Below the pieces are notes generated by a model. The model was not told the origin of the DNA. It searched no databases and saw nothing but the letters and a program-made list of their open reading frames with translations. 64,000 nucleotides of DNA. It comes from Abditibacteriaceae bacterium. GTDB taxonomy: Bacteria; Armatimonadota; Abditibacteriia; Abditibacteriales; Abditibacteriaceae. This document shows, in pieces, positions 10,565-21,487 of this stretch (its first letter is position 1; each line of letters opens with the position of its first letter). A program made the position numbers and the translations under genes. The DNA is taken from NCBI GenBank assembly GCA_965277285.1, contig OZ255721.1, forward strand, positions 1,696,001-1,760,000, given 5' to 3'.

Positions 10565-10982
10565 TGGCCGCCTCCTCTTCGCGCAAGATGAACTTCGCCT
10601 TCATCGGCAGTTTCATCGCAGCGCGGCGCATTGCTTCTTTCGCCAGTTCAGGGCTGACGCCGTTCATTTCAAAAATCACGCGGCCCGGCTTGATAACCAC
10701 GACCCAGTATTCCGGCAAACCTTTGCCCGAACCCATGCGCGTTTCCGCTGGCTTTTCCGTGACGGGCTTGTCGGGGAAAACGCGAATCCACACTTTTCCG
10801 CCACGCTTGATGTAGCTCGTCATCGCAATACGCGCCGATTCGATTTGACGCGAGGTCAACCAACCGACTTCCTGCGCTTGCAAACCATATTGTCCAAATG
10901 CGACCGTGTTGCCACGAGTCGCCAGACCGCTGCGCCGACCGCGCTGCTGCTTGCGATATTTCGTCCGCTTCGGCATTAACAT
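10548..10982 (-). CDS. rplP: 50S ribosomal protein L16
   Basis: [25 protein letters not shown]. Confidence 0.98.
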   Translation of the reverse strand: MLMPKRTKYRKQQRGRRSGLATRGNTVAFGQYGLQAQEVGWLTSRQIESARIAMTSYIKRGGKVWIRVFPDKPVTEKPAETRMGSGKGLPEYWVVVIKPGRVIFEMNGVSPELAKEAMRRAAMKLPMKAKFILREEEAASGGSE

Positions 10983-11022
10983 GAGAATTTCTCCTTATCG
11001 AGTACTCGAATTCCCAATCGCC

Positions 11023-11772
11023 TTAGCGACGGTCATTGCTGTAATCTTCTTCGACTTCGCGTCTGCGCTGACGACCGCGCGCCAATCCTGCGACGGGCGT
11101 CGCTTCGTTGCCGATGATGTCGCCTTTATAAATCCAGCACTTGATGCCGATGTTGCCATAAGTCGTGGCCGCTTCAGCCGTACCGTAATCGATGTCGGCG
11201 CGCAAAGTGTGACGCGGGACTTTACCTTCGTTCGAATGCTCGTGGCGCGCGATTTCCGCACCGGCCAAACGACCCGACGCTTCGATGCGAACGCCCTCGG
11301 CGCCTTCTTTCATCACGCGTTGGAGCGTTTGTCGAATTGCACGACGGAAGGCGACGCGGCGCTCGATCTGCTGCGCGATGCTTTCCGCAACCAGTTTGGC
11401 GTCCAAGTTCGGCTGACGAATTTCTTCGACCGTGACGCGCACATCGCGCCCGACCAATTTGTTCAGCTTCTTCTGCAACTCTTCGATGTCGCGTCCGCGC
11501 TGGCCGATGATGACGCCAGGTTTCGCGGTGTGTAACTTAACCAGAACGCGATTGGCAGTGCGCTCGATTTCGATCTTGGACAAAGCCGGATCGTTGGAAC
11601 GTTCGCGCGACGAGGCTTTCTGCGGCTTCGGCTTCAAAACCTTGGCGATGTAGCGACGCAGCTTCTCGTCTTCCAACAAGAACTCTTTGTAGTTTTCTTT
11701 TGAATACCAACGGCTCTGCCAGGTCTTGATGATTCCCAGTCGCAGGCCGTAAGGATGAATTTTCTGACCCAT
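11023..11772 (-). CDS. rpsC: 30S ribosomal protein S3
   Basis: [32 protein letters not shown]. Confidence 0.98.
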   Translation of the reverse strand: MGQKIHPYGLRLGIIKTWQSRWYSKENYKEFLLEDEKLRRYIAKVLKPKPQKASSRERSNDPALSKIEIERTANRVLVKLHTAKPGVIIGQRGRDIEELQKKLNKLVGRDVRVTVEEIRQPNLDAKLVAESIAQQIERRVAFRRAIRQTLQRVMKEGAEGVRIEASGRLAGAEIARHEHSNEGKVPRHTLRADIDYGTAEAATTYGNIGIKCWIYKGDIIGNEATPVAGLARGRQRRREVEEDYSNDRR

Positions 11773-12104
11773 TATGCTTTCTCCTCGACTACGACTGTGA
11801 TGTGGCTCATGCGCTTCATAATCTGATCGGCGCGGCCACGGCTACGCGGCAGGAAACGCTTCAAGGTTTTACCCTTGTCGATCATAATCGTCTTGACGAT
11901 CAGTCGGTCTTCGTTCAAGCCTTCGTTGTTGGTCGCATTCGCTGCCGCGCTCTTGATGACTTTGGCCAGAATCGGCGACGCGATATGCGAATCCAAGCGC
12001 AAAACGTCCTGCGCTTCGATGACCGGCATCCCCATCACCAATTTCGCCACGCGGCGTACTTTGAGCGGCGTCATGCGAAGGTCACGTAAAATTGCTTTTG
12101 CCAT
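11772..12104 (-). CDS. rplV: 50S ribosomal protein L22
   Basis: KSAAANA, PRSRGRA, SHITVVV; ATG at 12104. Confidence 0.97.
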   Translation of the reverse strand: MAKAILRDLRMTPLKVRRVAKLVMGMPVIEAQDVLRLDSHIASPILAKVIKSAAANATNNEGLNEDRLIVKTIMIDKGKTLKRFLPRSRGRADQIMKRMSHITVVVEEKA

Positions 12105-12123
12105 AATTTTGTAATCCTTCGCC

Positions 12124-12402
12124 TTAGCGACCAGCGCGCTCCGTATGTCCGCCGTGACGCTTGAAAGTGCGCGACGGCGAAAACTCGCCCAGTTTGTGAC
12201 CGACCATGTTCTCTTGAACGAAAACCGGAATGTGCTTGCGGCCATCGTAAACCGCAATTGTGTGTCCCAGCATTTCGGGGAAGATGGTCGAACGACGGCT
12301 CCACGATTTGATGATGCGCTTGTCGCCGCTCTGGTTCATTTGCACGATGCGCTTCATCAGCGATTCATCGCAAAACGGCCCTTTTTTCAGTGAACGTCCC
12401 AT
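12124..12402 (-). CDS. rpsS: 30S ribosomal protein S19
   Basis: [21 protein letters not shown]. Confidence 0.98.
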   Translation of the reverse strand: MGRSLKKGPFCDESLMKRIVQMNQSGDKRIIKSWSRRSTIFPEMLGHTIAVYDGRKHIPVFVQENMVGHKLGEFSPSRTFKRHGGHTERAGR

Positions 12403-12486
12403 AAATCACTCCAGTAAAGAGTAAAGGTTAAAGAATGATGCGTTCGAGTACTCGATACCCGTCACTTTCCATTCTTAACTCTTCAC

Positions 12487-13326
12487 TTATTTTTGTCCCC
12501 GGCGGCGAACGATCATCTTGCTGCTCGGTTTATTCTTTTTGCGCGTCTTGAAGCCAATCGCTTTGACGCCGGTCGCACTGACCGGGCCGCTCTTGCGGCG
12601 TCCAACAGGAGCTCGGCCTTCGCCACCACCGTGCGGGTGATCGTTCGGGTTCATCGCTTTTCCACGAACGTGCGGCTTGACGCCCTTATGACGCATACGA
12701 CCAGCGTTGCCCCACACGATACTTTCATGCTCGGCGTTACCGACTGTGCCAATCGTGGCGCGGCATTCGCGCGATACCAAACGCGTTTCGCCCGAGGGCA
12801 AGCGCAACAAAGCGAACTTGCCTTCTTTGGCTTGCAGAACCGCACTTGTTCCCGCCGAACGCGCCAGCTGCGCACCGTGTCCGGGCTGCATTTCGATGCA
12901 ATGCACCGTCGTGCCGACAGGAATGCGCTCCAGCGTCAGACAGTGTCCGGTGCGAATATCGGCATCGGCGCCATTGGCCACCGTGTCGCCAGCTTTCAAG
13001 CCTTCGGGCGCGATGATGTAGCTTTTCTCGCCATCCGAGTACTCGATAAGCGCGATGCGGCTGGTGCGGTTCGGATCGTATTCGATGGCCGTGACGGTGG
13101 CGACAACGCCTTCCTTGCGGCGCTTGAAGTCGATAATGCGATACAAGCGCTTGTGTCCGCCGCCGCGATTCTTCATCGTCAGGCGACCTTGATTGTTGCG
13201 ACCGCCGTTCTTGGGAAGCGGTGCGGTCAGTGATTTTTCCGGGCGCTTCTTGGTCAGATTTTCGGTTGTCAGAACCGTCATCGAACGGCGCGCCGGGCTG
13301 GTTGGATTAAAAGATTTAACTGCCAT
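12487..13326 (-). CDS. rplB: 50S ribosomal protein L2
   Basis: [28 protein letters not shown]. Confidence 0.98.
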   Translation of the reverse strand: MAVKSFNPTSPARRSMTVLTTENLTKKRPEKSLTAPLPKNGGRNNQGRLTMKNRGGGHKRLYRIIDFKRRKEGVVATVTAIEYDPNRTSRIALIEYSDGEKSYIIAPEGLKAGDTVANGADADIRTGHCLTLERIPVGTTVHCIEMQPGHGAQLARSAGTSAVLQAKEGKFALLRLPSGETRLVSRECRATIGTVGNAEHESIVWGNAGRMRHKGVKPHVRGKAMNPNDHPHGGGEGRAPVGRRKSGPVSATGVKAIGFKTRKKNKPSSKMIVRRRGQK

Positions 13327-13345
13327 GATGTCTCAACTTTCCCCT

Positions 13346-13651
13346 TTAAGCGCCTTCAAAAACTTCTTTCAACTTCGCGTCATTGGAACCCGGCGCGAGA
13401 GAAACAATCGCCTTTTTCCAGTCGGCGGCTTTGCCCTGACGACCGCGACCAACACGCTTCAGCTTGCCTTTGACGGTCAGCGTGTTGACGCCTTGGACTT
13501 GAACGCCATAAGCGCGCTCGACGGCCTGGCGGATTTCAATTTTGTTCGCGCTGGTCTTGCAACGGAACGAGTAGCGTCCGGCCTGGCTCAAGCGCACGCT
13601 TTTTTCTGTGATGAGCGGTCGCTCAATAATTTCGTAAAGTGGCTTGCTCAT
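13346..13651 (-). CDS. rplW: 50S ribosomal protein L23
   Basis: PLITEKS, ANKIEIRQAVE, WKKAIVSL. Confidence 0.97.
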   Translation of the reverse strand: MSKPLYEIIERPLITEKSVRLSQAGRYSFRCKTSANKIEIRQAVERAYGVQVQGVNTLTVKGKLKRVGRGRQGKAADWKKAIVSLAPGSNDAKLKEVFEGA

Positions 13652-14310
13652 GCGCTTACCTCCGTTCCGGTACTCGATTGGCCCTTGCCTTCGATGCGCG
13701 CGCTCAATTCGTCCCAAGCGCTACGCGTGCAAACGACCGCTTCGCTGCGCAAAACATCCGTAATGCCCGTCTGATTAACGGCCTGCACCACGACTTTGGG
13801 AAGATTGCGCGCCGAAAGCGTGATGTTGGCGTCCGCTTCGCTCGTCAACAGCAAAACTTTCTTGCCGCTCAATTGCATTGTGCTCAACAACGTCACGATT
13901 TCCTTGGTCTTGGGCGCGCTCATCGAAATGCCGTCGAGAACGAACAAAACATCGTTTTGCAAGCGCGAGTTGAGCACGGTGCGAAACGCGGACTGGCGCA
14001 TTTTGCGCGGCGTGTCCTGCGAATAATCGCGCGGCTTCGGGCCGTGAACGACGCCGCCGCCACGCATGTGCGGCACGCGCTTGTCGCCCTGACGCGAGCG
14101 ACCTGTTCCCTTCTGCTTGCGAATCTTGACGCCCGAACCACGCACTTCGTCGCGTCGTAGCGTGCTTGCCGTTCCCTGACGACGACCCGCCGCTTCCGCG
14201 ATTGCGACCTGATGGACTAAGGCCATCTTCGCATTCGCATTGGCGAGTTTGTCAGGCGCGGACAATGTGCCCGCCGAACCCTTCGCGTTAAATAATTGAA
14301 TCTCTGCCAT
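13648..14310 (-). CDS. rplD: 50S ribosomal protein L4
   Basis: RQGTAST, QKGTGRSRQG, GGGVVHGPKPRDYS. Confidence 0.98.
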   Translation of the reverse strand: MAEIQLFNAKGSAGTLSAPDKLANANAKMALVHQVAIAEAAGRRQGTASTLRRDEVRGSGVKIRKQKGTGRSRQGDKRVPHMRGGGVVHGPKPRDYSQDTPRKMRQSAFRTVLNSRLQNDVLFVLDGISMSAPKTKEIVTLLSTMQLSGKKVLLLTSEADANITLSARNLPKVVVQAVNQTGITDVLRSEAVVCTRSAWDELSARIEGKGQSSTGTEVSA

Positions 14311-14495
14311 CTTGCCTCTCTTCGCGCCTCGTTGCGGTCGGACGCGGGTTACTGCTGGCCTCGACCTCAGACCACTTCGGAAGGATGAATTATGAAAGAT
14401 GAAGGATGAAATTCGGAAACACTGAACTCGAACATTGCAGCATCAATTTCGAGTACTCGATTTCATCCTTCATCTTTCATAATTCATCCTTCCAC

Positions 14496-15164
14496 TCACG
14501 CTCCGCCTTCCGGTTTCTTGTCTTGCGGAACTTTTTTCCAATCTTCCAGGAACTGATTCAAACCGCTCGTGGTCAGCGGATGCTTGGCCAGCATCTCGAA
14601 AACTTTGAACGGAATTGTTACGACATCGGCGCCGATGATGGCGGCGTCGCGCACATGGAGCGGACCGCGCGCGCTGGCGACCAAAATCTGCGTCGGGTAT
14701 TTATAGTTATCGTAAATCGCGCGGATTTCGCGGATGCACTCCATGCCTTCGTGCCCGATGTCGTCCAAGCGCCCAACGAACGGCGAGATGTACGTCGCGC
14801 CCGCTTTGGCGGCAAGCAAAGCCTGCACGCTTGAAAAGCACAATGTAACGTTGGTCTTCAAGCCTTCCTCGGTCAACGTCTTGACAGTTTTCAAGCCTTC
14901 GGGAATCAGCGGCACTTTGATGACGATGTTGCTGGCGATGTCGGCATATTGATGCGCCTGATCGAGCATTCCCTGTTTGTCCAGCGCCGTGACTTCCGCC
15001 GAAACCGGGCCGGGCACGATCTTCACGATGTCGCGCAAAATTTGGTCGAAGGTCAGGCCAGTTTTCGCCACCAGGCTGGGGTTCGTCGTCACGCCGTCCA
15101 ACAAGCCCCATTCCATTGCTTCACGAATTTCGTTGATGTCTGCTGTATCTAAAAAGAACTTCAT
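14496..15164 (-). CDS. tal: transaldolase / fructose-6-phosphate aldolase (small FSA-type family)
   Basis: [22 protein letters not shown] (Schiff-base Lys), [15 protein letters not shown]. Confidence 0.95.
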   Translation of the reverse strand: MKFFLDTADINEIREAMEWGLLDGVTTNPSLVAKTGLTFDQILRDIVKIVPGPVSAEVTALDKQGMLDQAHQYADIASNIVIKVPLIPEGLKTVKTLTEEGLKTNVTLCFSSVQALLAAKAGATYISPFVGRLDDIGHEGMECIREIRAIYDNYKYPTQILVASARGPLHVRDAAIIGADVVTIPFKVFEMLAKHPLTTSGLNQFLEDWKKVPQDKKPEGGA

Positions 15165-15201
15165 CGTCGCACCGCCTTAATCGAGTACTCGATTCGAGTC
15201 G

Positions 15202-15897
15202 TTAGACTTTCGCGCGCTTGATCGCTTTTTCAATGCGCAACAAGCCGCCATTCGCGCCAGGAACCGCGCCTTTAACAACCAACAGGTTGCGTTGCGCATC
15301 AATTTCTACGACCTGCAAGCCTTTTTGCGTCACCAGTTCAGCGCCGAAGCGACCGGGACGACGCGAGCCAGGAAACGTACGCGCTGGATCGGTCGCGCCG
15401 TTGGAAGCCGGCTTGCGGTGAATCTTCTGACCGTGACTGGCTTTCTGACCTTTGAAGTTGTGGCGCTTCATAACGCCCGAAAAGCCGCGACCTTTGGTCG
15501 TGCCCTGAATCTTGATCGCATCGCCCGCTTTGAACAATTCGACCGTGATCGTGCCGCCTGCAGCAGGCAAATCGCCTTCGCCGCTCAGCGGGAACTCCGC
15601 CAGGTGACGCGTCGGTTGCGCTCCATACTTCTCGAAGTGACCGCGCTCCGGCTTGTTCGCTTCGCCGCGTCCGCGATGTCCGTTATCGCCGCGCCCGACT
15701 TTGGTATCTTTGCGGCCAGCTTTCAATTCGCCCAGGCCCAGCTGCACGGCTTCATAACCATCGGTTTCAACGGTTTTGTGCTGCACAACGGCACACGGCC
15801 CACATTCGATAACTGTGACGGGAACCGCGTTACCCGCGTCCGTAAAAATTGTCGTCATGCCGACTTTGCGGCCTAATAATCCATTAACTGTTGCCAT
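15202..15897 (-). CDS. rplC: 50S ribosomal protein L3
   Basis: LGRKVGMT, DGYEAVQLG, KGRGFSGVMKRHNF, KGAVPG. Confidence 0.98.
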   Translation of the reverse strand: MATVNGLLGRKVGMTTIFTDAGNAVPVTVIECGPCAVVQHKTVETDGYEAVQLGLGELKAGRKDTKVGRGDNGHRGRGEANKPERGHFEKYGAQPTRHLAEFPLSGEGDLPAAGGTITVELFKAGDAIKIQGTTKGRGFSGVMKRHNFKGQKASHGQKIHRKPASNGATDPARTFPGSRRPGRFGAELVTQKGLQVVEIDAQRNLLVVKGAVPGANGGLLRIEKAIKRAKV

Positions 15898-15992
15898 CTT
15901 TTCCTCGCCAGCGGTCATCTCATCGAACACATCGAGTACTCGATTGAGGCAGACATGCGCTTTAATTTTCAGGTGTTCTGATGTCAGAACAA

Positions 15993-16301
15993 TTACGACT
16001 TAATTTCAATATCCACACCGGACGGCAGGTTGAGGTTCATCAACTCGGTGATGGTTTTGGGATCCGGCTCCAAGATGTCGATCAAACGCTTGTGTGTGCG
16101 CATCTCGAAATGTTCCATCGACTCTTTGTCAACGAACGGCGAGCGAATCACGCAATAAATGCTTTTCTCGGTCGGCAACGGCACCGGGCCGCTGAGTTTG
16201 CTGCCAGTACGTCGCACGGTGGACACAATTTGCGCGGCGCTTTGATCGAGCAACTTATGATCGAACGCGCGCAATCGAATACGGATTTTATCGCCTGTCA
16301 T
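15993..16301 (-). CDS. rpsJ: 30S ribosomal protein S10
   Basis: [29 protein letters not shown]. Confidence 0.98.
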   Translation of the reverse strand: MTGDKIRIRLRAFDHKLLDQSAAQIVSTVRRTGSKLSGPVPLPTEKSIYCVIRSPFVDKESMEHFEMRTHKRLIDILEPDPKTITELMNLNLPSGVDIEIKS

Positions 16302-16405
16302 ATATGTTTTTCTTTCCTCTGCGAATTCCCATCAAGACTTTTCGAGTACTCGATGCTTGACCTCGCGGTTCCTTAATCTGTTTTTAGCAATTTGTCAAAC
16401 GCGAC

Positions 16406-16446
16406 AAAAAGGCCGGTGAGCCAAGTCCGTCGGCCCACCGGCCTGA
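16406..16446 (-). terminator. intrinsic terminator after tuf
   Basis: Minus strand AGGCCGGTGGGCC-loop-GGCTCACCGGCCTTTTT. Confidence 0.75.
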
Positions 16447-16457
16447 TTGGTTGCAGC

Positions 16458-17645
16458 TTACTTCGTGATCTTGGTAACGACACCCGCACCGACTGTGCGG
16501 CCACCTTCGCGGATCGCAAAGCGCAAACCTTCTTCCATCGCGATTGGTGCGAGGAGTTGGATGTGCATTTTCACGTTATCGCCCGGCATCACCATTTCGG
16601 CGCCGCCCAAGTCATCGACCGAACCCGTAACGTCGGTCGTGCGGAAGTAGAACTGAGGACGATAATTCTTGAAGAACGGCGTGTGACGTCCGCCTTCTTC
16701 CTTCGACAGGACATAAACTTCGGCGTCGAATTCGGTGTGCGGCGTGATCGAACCCGGCTTGCAAACGACCTGACCGCGCTCCAAATCGTCGCGCTTCAGA
16801 CCGCGCAACAAAGCGCCGCAGTTGTAGCCAGCGACCGCTGTGTCCAACGACTTGTTGAACATTTCCAAACCTGTGACAGCCGTCTTCTGCGTGTCGCGGA
16901 TACCGACGATTTCAACTTCTTCGCCGACTTTGATCTGACCGCGCTCGATACGACCTGTCGCCACCGTACCACGACCAGAAATCGTGAACACGTCTTCGAC
17001 CGACATCAGGAACGGCTTGTCGATTTCGCGTTCCGGCTCGGGAACATACGAGTCCAACGCGTCCATCAAAGCCTGAATCGGCGCTTCGTCTTCAGCCGTC
17101 GTGCCGTTCAAAGCCTTCAAGCCCGAACCGCGAATGATCGGAATATCGTCGCCGGGGAAGTCGTACTTCGACAGCAATTCGCGCATTTCCAACTCGACCA
17201 ATTCCAGCAGTTCTTCGTCATCGACCATGTCGACTTTGTTCAAGAAGACCACGATGTAAGGAACGCCGACCTGCTTGGCCAGCAGAATATGCTCGCGCGT
17301 CTGCGGCATCGGGCCGTCAGCGGCGGACACAACCAAAATCGCGCCGTCCATCTGCGCGGCGCCGGTGATCATGTTTTTCACATAGTCGGCGTGTCCCGGG
17401 CAATCGACGTGCGCGTAGTGGCGATTTTCGGTTTCGTATTCGACGTGCGCGGTCGCAATCGTGATACCGCGCTCGCGCTCTTCGGGAGCTTTGTCGATCT
17501 GATCGAAGGCGACGTTTTTGGCGAAACCTTTCTTCGCCTGAACTTTGGTGATCGCGGCGGTCAGGGTCGTTTTGCCATGGTCGACGTGACCGATGGTGCC
17601 GACGTTAACGTGCGGCTTTTTGCTTTCGTACTTCTGCTTGGCCAT
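16458..17645 (-). CDS. tuf: elongation factor Tu
   Basis: [28 protein letters not shown]. Confidence 0.99.
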   Translation of the reverse strand: MAKQKYESKKPHVNVGTIGHVDHGKTTLTAAITKVQAKKGFAKNVAFDQIDKAPEERERGITIATAHVEYETENRHYAHVDCPGHADYVKNMITGAAQMDGAILVVSAADGPMPQTREHILLAKQVGVPYIVVFLNKVDMVDDEELLELVELEMRELLSKYDFPGDDIPIIRGSGLKALNGTTAEDEAPIQALMDALDSYVPEPEREIDKPFLMSVEDVFTISGRGTVATGRIERGQIKVGEEVEIVGIRDTQKTAVTGLEMFNKSLDTAVAGYNCGALLRGLKRDDLERGQVVCKPGSITPHTEFDAEVYVLSKEEGGRHTPFFKNYRPQFYFRTTDVTGSVDDLGGAEMVMPGDNVKMHIQLLAPIAMEEGLRFAIREGGRTVGAGVVTKITK

Positions 17646-17791
17646 CTCTGCTAATCCTCCGAGAAATCGGTGCCGAATATTCGGTCTGTTTCCGTTGTAA
17701 TTTCTAAACCGTCTTCTTACAACACTTTTCCATCTCAGCGCGCATCAGAGCGTGACCAAAAGACGAAAAAGAAGCCATCCACGAAACGGCA

Positions 17792-17820
17792 ATTATAACT
17801 GTCTCGCGCGGGTGCGTCAA
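17792..17820 (-). promoter_or_regulatory. sigma70-type promoter of tuf
   Basis: TTGACG-17nt-TATAAT on the minus strand. Confidence 0.8.
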
Positions 17821-18203
17821 CGTTTCCAAACCGTTTGACAGGTGTTTCGCAGGCGTTTCAAAACGTTGGTGCGCCGTGTGAAAAGTCACTAAAAAACCTT
17901 TGCCGTGATCGCGTTCGAGTACTCGAAAGCCTCGCCTGCGATGCGCGTGCAAAGGTGTGGCACGCCTGCAATGGTTTGTTTCGTTGAGCGTTCGTCGATT
18001 GACGTTCGTGAGACGATTCCAGCGGCGCTTTTCGCTTGAGCTGAAAGCTCTTGCCTTGTGACGCCGCCCATTCATTATATAAGGACGTAAGCCCGAATGC
18101 AACGGTCAGCACAAATGTTTTCGATAATTTCGCCCATTTCTCCGCAACTCTGGAGACAAGTTCTAGTTAATGGCTTGGGTGGCAAGAGATTGAACCATCT
18201 AAA

Positions 18204-18286
18204 AAAGAACCCTGAGCGTCAGCGACGGGTGAACGTAAATTCGTTCTACGTTACATTTCACCCGTCGCTGACGCTCAGGGTTCTTT
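18204..18286. repeat. REP-like inverted repeat, family A
   Basis: AAAGAACCCTGAGCGTCAGCGACGGGTGAA...TTCACCCGTCGCTGACGCTCAGGGTTCTTT. Confidence 0.85.
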
Positions 18287-18492
18287 CAATTGACTCACTC
18301 AATTGGACATGACCCGGTTTTTCCGAGCAATTTTGTAGTGAGCATTAAAGGCTTGTTAAGAACCGTGAGGAACTACAATCAAGGCATCTATTTTGCGCCA
18401 TGACGCGCGCCCTTGCAAGGCAATTATCGAGCAGAAAAGGTGTTTTATTTTTCTGCTGAAGACGTTTTAGAAACGACGCGGAGGAAAGAAAT

Positions 18493-18852
18493 TTGCGGAT
18501 TTTATTTGTTGATGATATGAGCGACACGCGCGAACTGTTTCGCATGGCTTTGAAGCTTCACGGAGTGGAAACGCGCCTGGCCGAAGACGGCAAGGAAGCG
18601 GTTTCCGCCGTGCAGCAGGAACGATTTGACGCGATTATTATGGATGTGGAAATGCCGCGCATGAACGGCTGGGACGCCGTGCGCGCCATTCGCCTGCTGC
18701 AAAATGGGCAGAACATTCCCATTATTATGTTTACGGCGTACGGCAACGGCGAAAACCATCGGCGCGCCATCGAAAGCGGCGCCAACGATTTGTGGTTCAA
18801 ACCGATTTTGCCCAAAGACATGATCTCAAGATTGAGCGCTTATATATCGTAA
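18493..18852 (+). CDS. single-domain response regulator (CheY-like)
   Basis: ILFVDD, IMDVEMPRMNG, MFTA, KPI. Confidence 0.92.
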   Translation: MRILFVDDMSDTRELFRMALKLHGVETRLAEDGKEAVSAVQQERFDAIIMDVEMPRMNGWDAVRAIRLLQNGQNIPIIMFTAYGNGENHRRAIESGANDLWFKPILPKDMISRLSAYIS

Positions 18853-18947
18853 AACGCCATTGCAAAAGCCATCGAGTACTCGAACCTTCGAGTACTCGAT
18901 TTTTGTTTGCATGGGTTAGAATAGCAAGCGGTTTCAAAAGGCGATTT

Positions 18948-20810
18948 ATGCGTTTCTGGATGGTTTATGGCTGGTATCAGTTTCAGCTTCTTTTCATGAA
19001 AGATGCGCCTCGAATGCGGGCGCAAAAGCGCGTGCATCTGCGTTCTTTGCTGCTGCAATCGGAGCGTTACGAGATGGCGTCGCAAGAAATTCGCGGCGAC
19101 ATCGAACGCGCTCACAGCACCAAGAAGTTCGGACTCGAGTTCAAGTTGCGCCTCGATCTGGCGCGTTGTTTTCTCAAAATGGAGCAGAAAGAGGAAGCCG
19201 CGCTCGAGCAGCAACGCGCCTGGGATTGTTTGAAGACTTTGATACTCAGCAAACAATTTGAGCAGGCCGAACGCAGCTACGAACACGCGATCAAGATGTT
19301 CGACGCCAGCGCGCGCATGAAAGCCAAACTCGCGCTCCACGCCGCGACCGCTTATGACAATCTCAAAGATTGGGAAAACTCTCTCCGCTGGGCGCAACGC
19401 GCTATCGAGTACTCGAATGCAGAATCAAACGCAGACGACAAAGACGACACGAACAATAAAGATAAAGATGACAAAGTTTCGTTCTTCGCGCCGATGATAG
19501 CCGCGATTTCCCTGAACAACCTGCAACGCGCAGCAGAAGCCGAGCCGTTTGTCCTGCGCGCGGTGAAAGCGGCGGAACATTCTGATAATCCGCAGCGAAA
19601 AGCGGTGGTGTGGGCGCAATTGGCCGCAACCCGCGCCAAGATGGACAAGCGCGATCAGGCACAGGAAGACGCACGCACGGCGCTGGGTTTCGACGCCAAC
19701 AACGCGCAGGCGAACGCCGTTTGGTGCAATGGCCTGGTGGCTGAGGGCCGCGAAGAAGTCAAGCAGCAGCGTTACAATGCGGCGTGCGAACTTTTCGAGC
19801 GCGCCCGCGCGTTGCCGATGTGGGACGATCCGAAGCAAGCACTTTTTCACGTTCAGGTTCTGGTGTATTTGTCGCACGCGCACTCCGAAGCGGGACGACC
19901 AGCGCAATGCGTGCGCTGCGCCGAAGAAGCCGTCTCGTTAAAGCCAACGGGCAAGTTGCGCTTTTCGGCGCGCACTATGGCCGCTGTCGGATACGATTCT
20001 CAAGGTCAGTTGGATAAAGCCCTGGCGCATCGCCAACTCGCTTTCGATCTTGCATTAATCGAGGGCGACAATGTGCAAATTGCGTCGCAAACGGTCGGTC
20101 TGGCGATTGATCGTTACCAGCGTGGTCGCTTGGACGAATCTTATGCGATGTGCGAGCGCGCTTTGCAGTTGGACGCTTCCAGCACGCTGGCTTTGGCGCA
20201 GCAAACCGACATTCGGCGCCTGCAAGGTCGCACCGACGAAGCGCGCCGACTGGCATTGCACAAACTTGAGTTTCTCCTCGATAACGCCATCAAAAACTTC
20301 TTGTATGCGTTGGGCGAATTGAATCTGGCGTATCTCGAAGCCGAGGCCGGAAACGCGACCTTGGCGTGGCAATATCTGCAAGGAGCGCGCGCGTTTTTCG
20401 CAGCCGATACCAAACACGCCGCAAATTGCGAAGTCGCTGCGGCGTGGATTCTGGCGTTGCTGGGACAACGCGAAGACGCTTATCGAGTACTCGAACACCT
20501 GGAAGAAATCGCCGCAAGGTTTCCCGACAACCGAGTGACGCAAACAAGTTGTTGTACAACTGGCGGTCGCGCCGCTCTGGTTTTGGGAGACCACAATCGC
20601 GCGCTCGAACTGTGGCAGCGCTACATCACACTCGTCCCGATTCCAGTTCACGAGCCGACCGCATTCTGGGGCTTGGGCGAATCTTATCTTGGTTTGGGAC
20701 GATGCGCAGAAGCCATAGAAGCGTTCTCACGCGCCGCCAACGTCAACTTCGAGACACATTACACGCAAGCTGCACGAGAGCGTTTGAAAGAATTGCAAGA
20801 GCAGCAATAA
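18948..20810 (+). CDS. tetratricopeptide-repeat-like protein
   Basis: Ala/Leu-rich helical repeats, e.g. AFWGLGESYLGLGRCAEAIEAFSRA; start uncertain. Confidence 0.8.
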   Translation: MRFWMVYGWYQFQLLFMKDAPRMRAQKRVHLRSLLLQSERYEMASQEIRGDIERAHSTKKFGLEFKLRLDLARCFLKMEQKEEAALEQQRAWDCLKTLILSKQFEQAERSYEHAIKMFDASARMKAKLALHAATAYDNLKDWENSLRWAQRAIEYSNAESNADDKDDTNNKDKDDKVSFFAPMIAAISLNNLQRAAEAEPFVLRAVKAAEHSDNPQRKAVVWAQLAATRAKMDKRDQAQEDARTALGFDANNAQANAVWCNGLVAEGREEVKQQRYNAACELFERARALPMWDDPKQALFHVQVLVYLSHAHSEAGRPAQCVRCAEEAVSLKPTGKLRFSARTMAAVGYDSQGQLDKALAHRQLAFDLALIEGDNVQIASQTVGLAIDRYQRGRLDESYAMCERALQLDASSTLALAQQTDIRRLQGRTDEARRLALHKLEFLLDNAIKNFLYALGELNLAYLEAEAGNATLAWQYLQGARAFFAADTKHAANCEVAAAWILALLGQREDAYRVLEHLEEIAARFPDNRVTQTSCCTTGGRAALVLGDHNRALELWQRYITLVPIPVHEPTAFWGLGESYLGLGRCAEAIEAFSRAANVNFETHYTQAARERLKELQEQQ

Positions 20811-20852
20811 CAAATCGAGTACTCGAACCTTCGAATACTCGCTGTATTATTG

Positions 20853-21168
20853 CTACGTTTCTCTTGCGCCCAATCTTCGCAACACGCCAAAGTTCAACAA
20901 CAGATACCAAAAGCCACAATAAATCGTTGCGGGAGTCCAACCACCAAGAAGAACCATAGTCTTGGAAAAACCAGCATCGGCGTCATCCATACTGCTGTGT
21001 ACTTTTCCAATCCAATGAGCAATAGTCGCACAATAGAGCAGACCCAGCAAACTAAAATAGAGACAGCCGTAAGAAGCCACAATTTGTTTGATGAAAGAAG
21101 AAAAGACCGACCACCATCATAAAAACCGGAACAATGAGCGCCGCCGAAAACAACTCGTTTGAACTCAT
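20853..21168 (-). pseudogene. possible frameshifted small membrane protein
   Basis: Hydrophobic ORF pieces in different frames (MSSNELFSAALIVPVF... and ...SYGCLYFSLLGLL...) that would join near 21095. Confidence 0.3.
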
Positions 21169-21190
21169 ATTTTGCTCTCTATGGTTTGCT

Positions 21191-21487
21191 TTAAGCGAAG
21201 GCGCCCGTCGGTCGATTATGGCCGCATTCCAAAACCTCATCGTTTTGCATCACACAAACACTTTCGTAATCTCCATCCACGCAAACACTGGTGTATTCTT
21301 TATCAATCTGGGTGTGATACCAGAAGTCGCCGCTCGTACTTTCAACTTTGATGTAGAAACTTTCGCCAGGCAAAAGCCAGTAATCTTCACCCCAAGGCTC
21401 CAACATGACAAGCATGATATGCGAACGCGAATTACCAATAGAAAGGTTTTGTCGGAATTTTCGTCCAATTTCGCTCATTGCTATCAT
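21191..21487 (-). CDS. hypothetical protein
   Basis: 98-aa ORF overlapping the trpS stop; [14 protein letters not shown]. Confidence 0.65.
   Translation of the reverse strand: MIAMSEIGRKFRQNLSIGNSRSHIMLVMLEPWGEDYWLLPGESFYIKVESTSGDFWYHTQIDKEYTSVCVDGDYESVCVMQNDEVLECGHNRPTGAFA

Noticed and set aside
16392..17654. Long antisense ORFs opposite tuf, rplE, rplB and other genes
   Set aside because: These are shadow ORFs caused by codon bias on the coding strand.
17704..18345. Short ORFs upstream of tuf
   Set aside because: They have no recognisable motifs and overlap the promoter, a palindrome and a REP; the region is likely non-coding.
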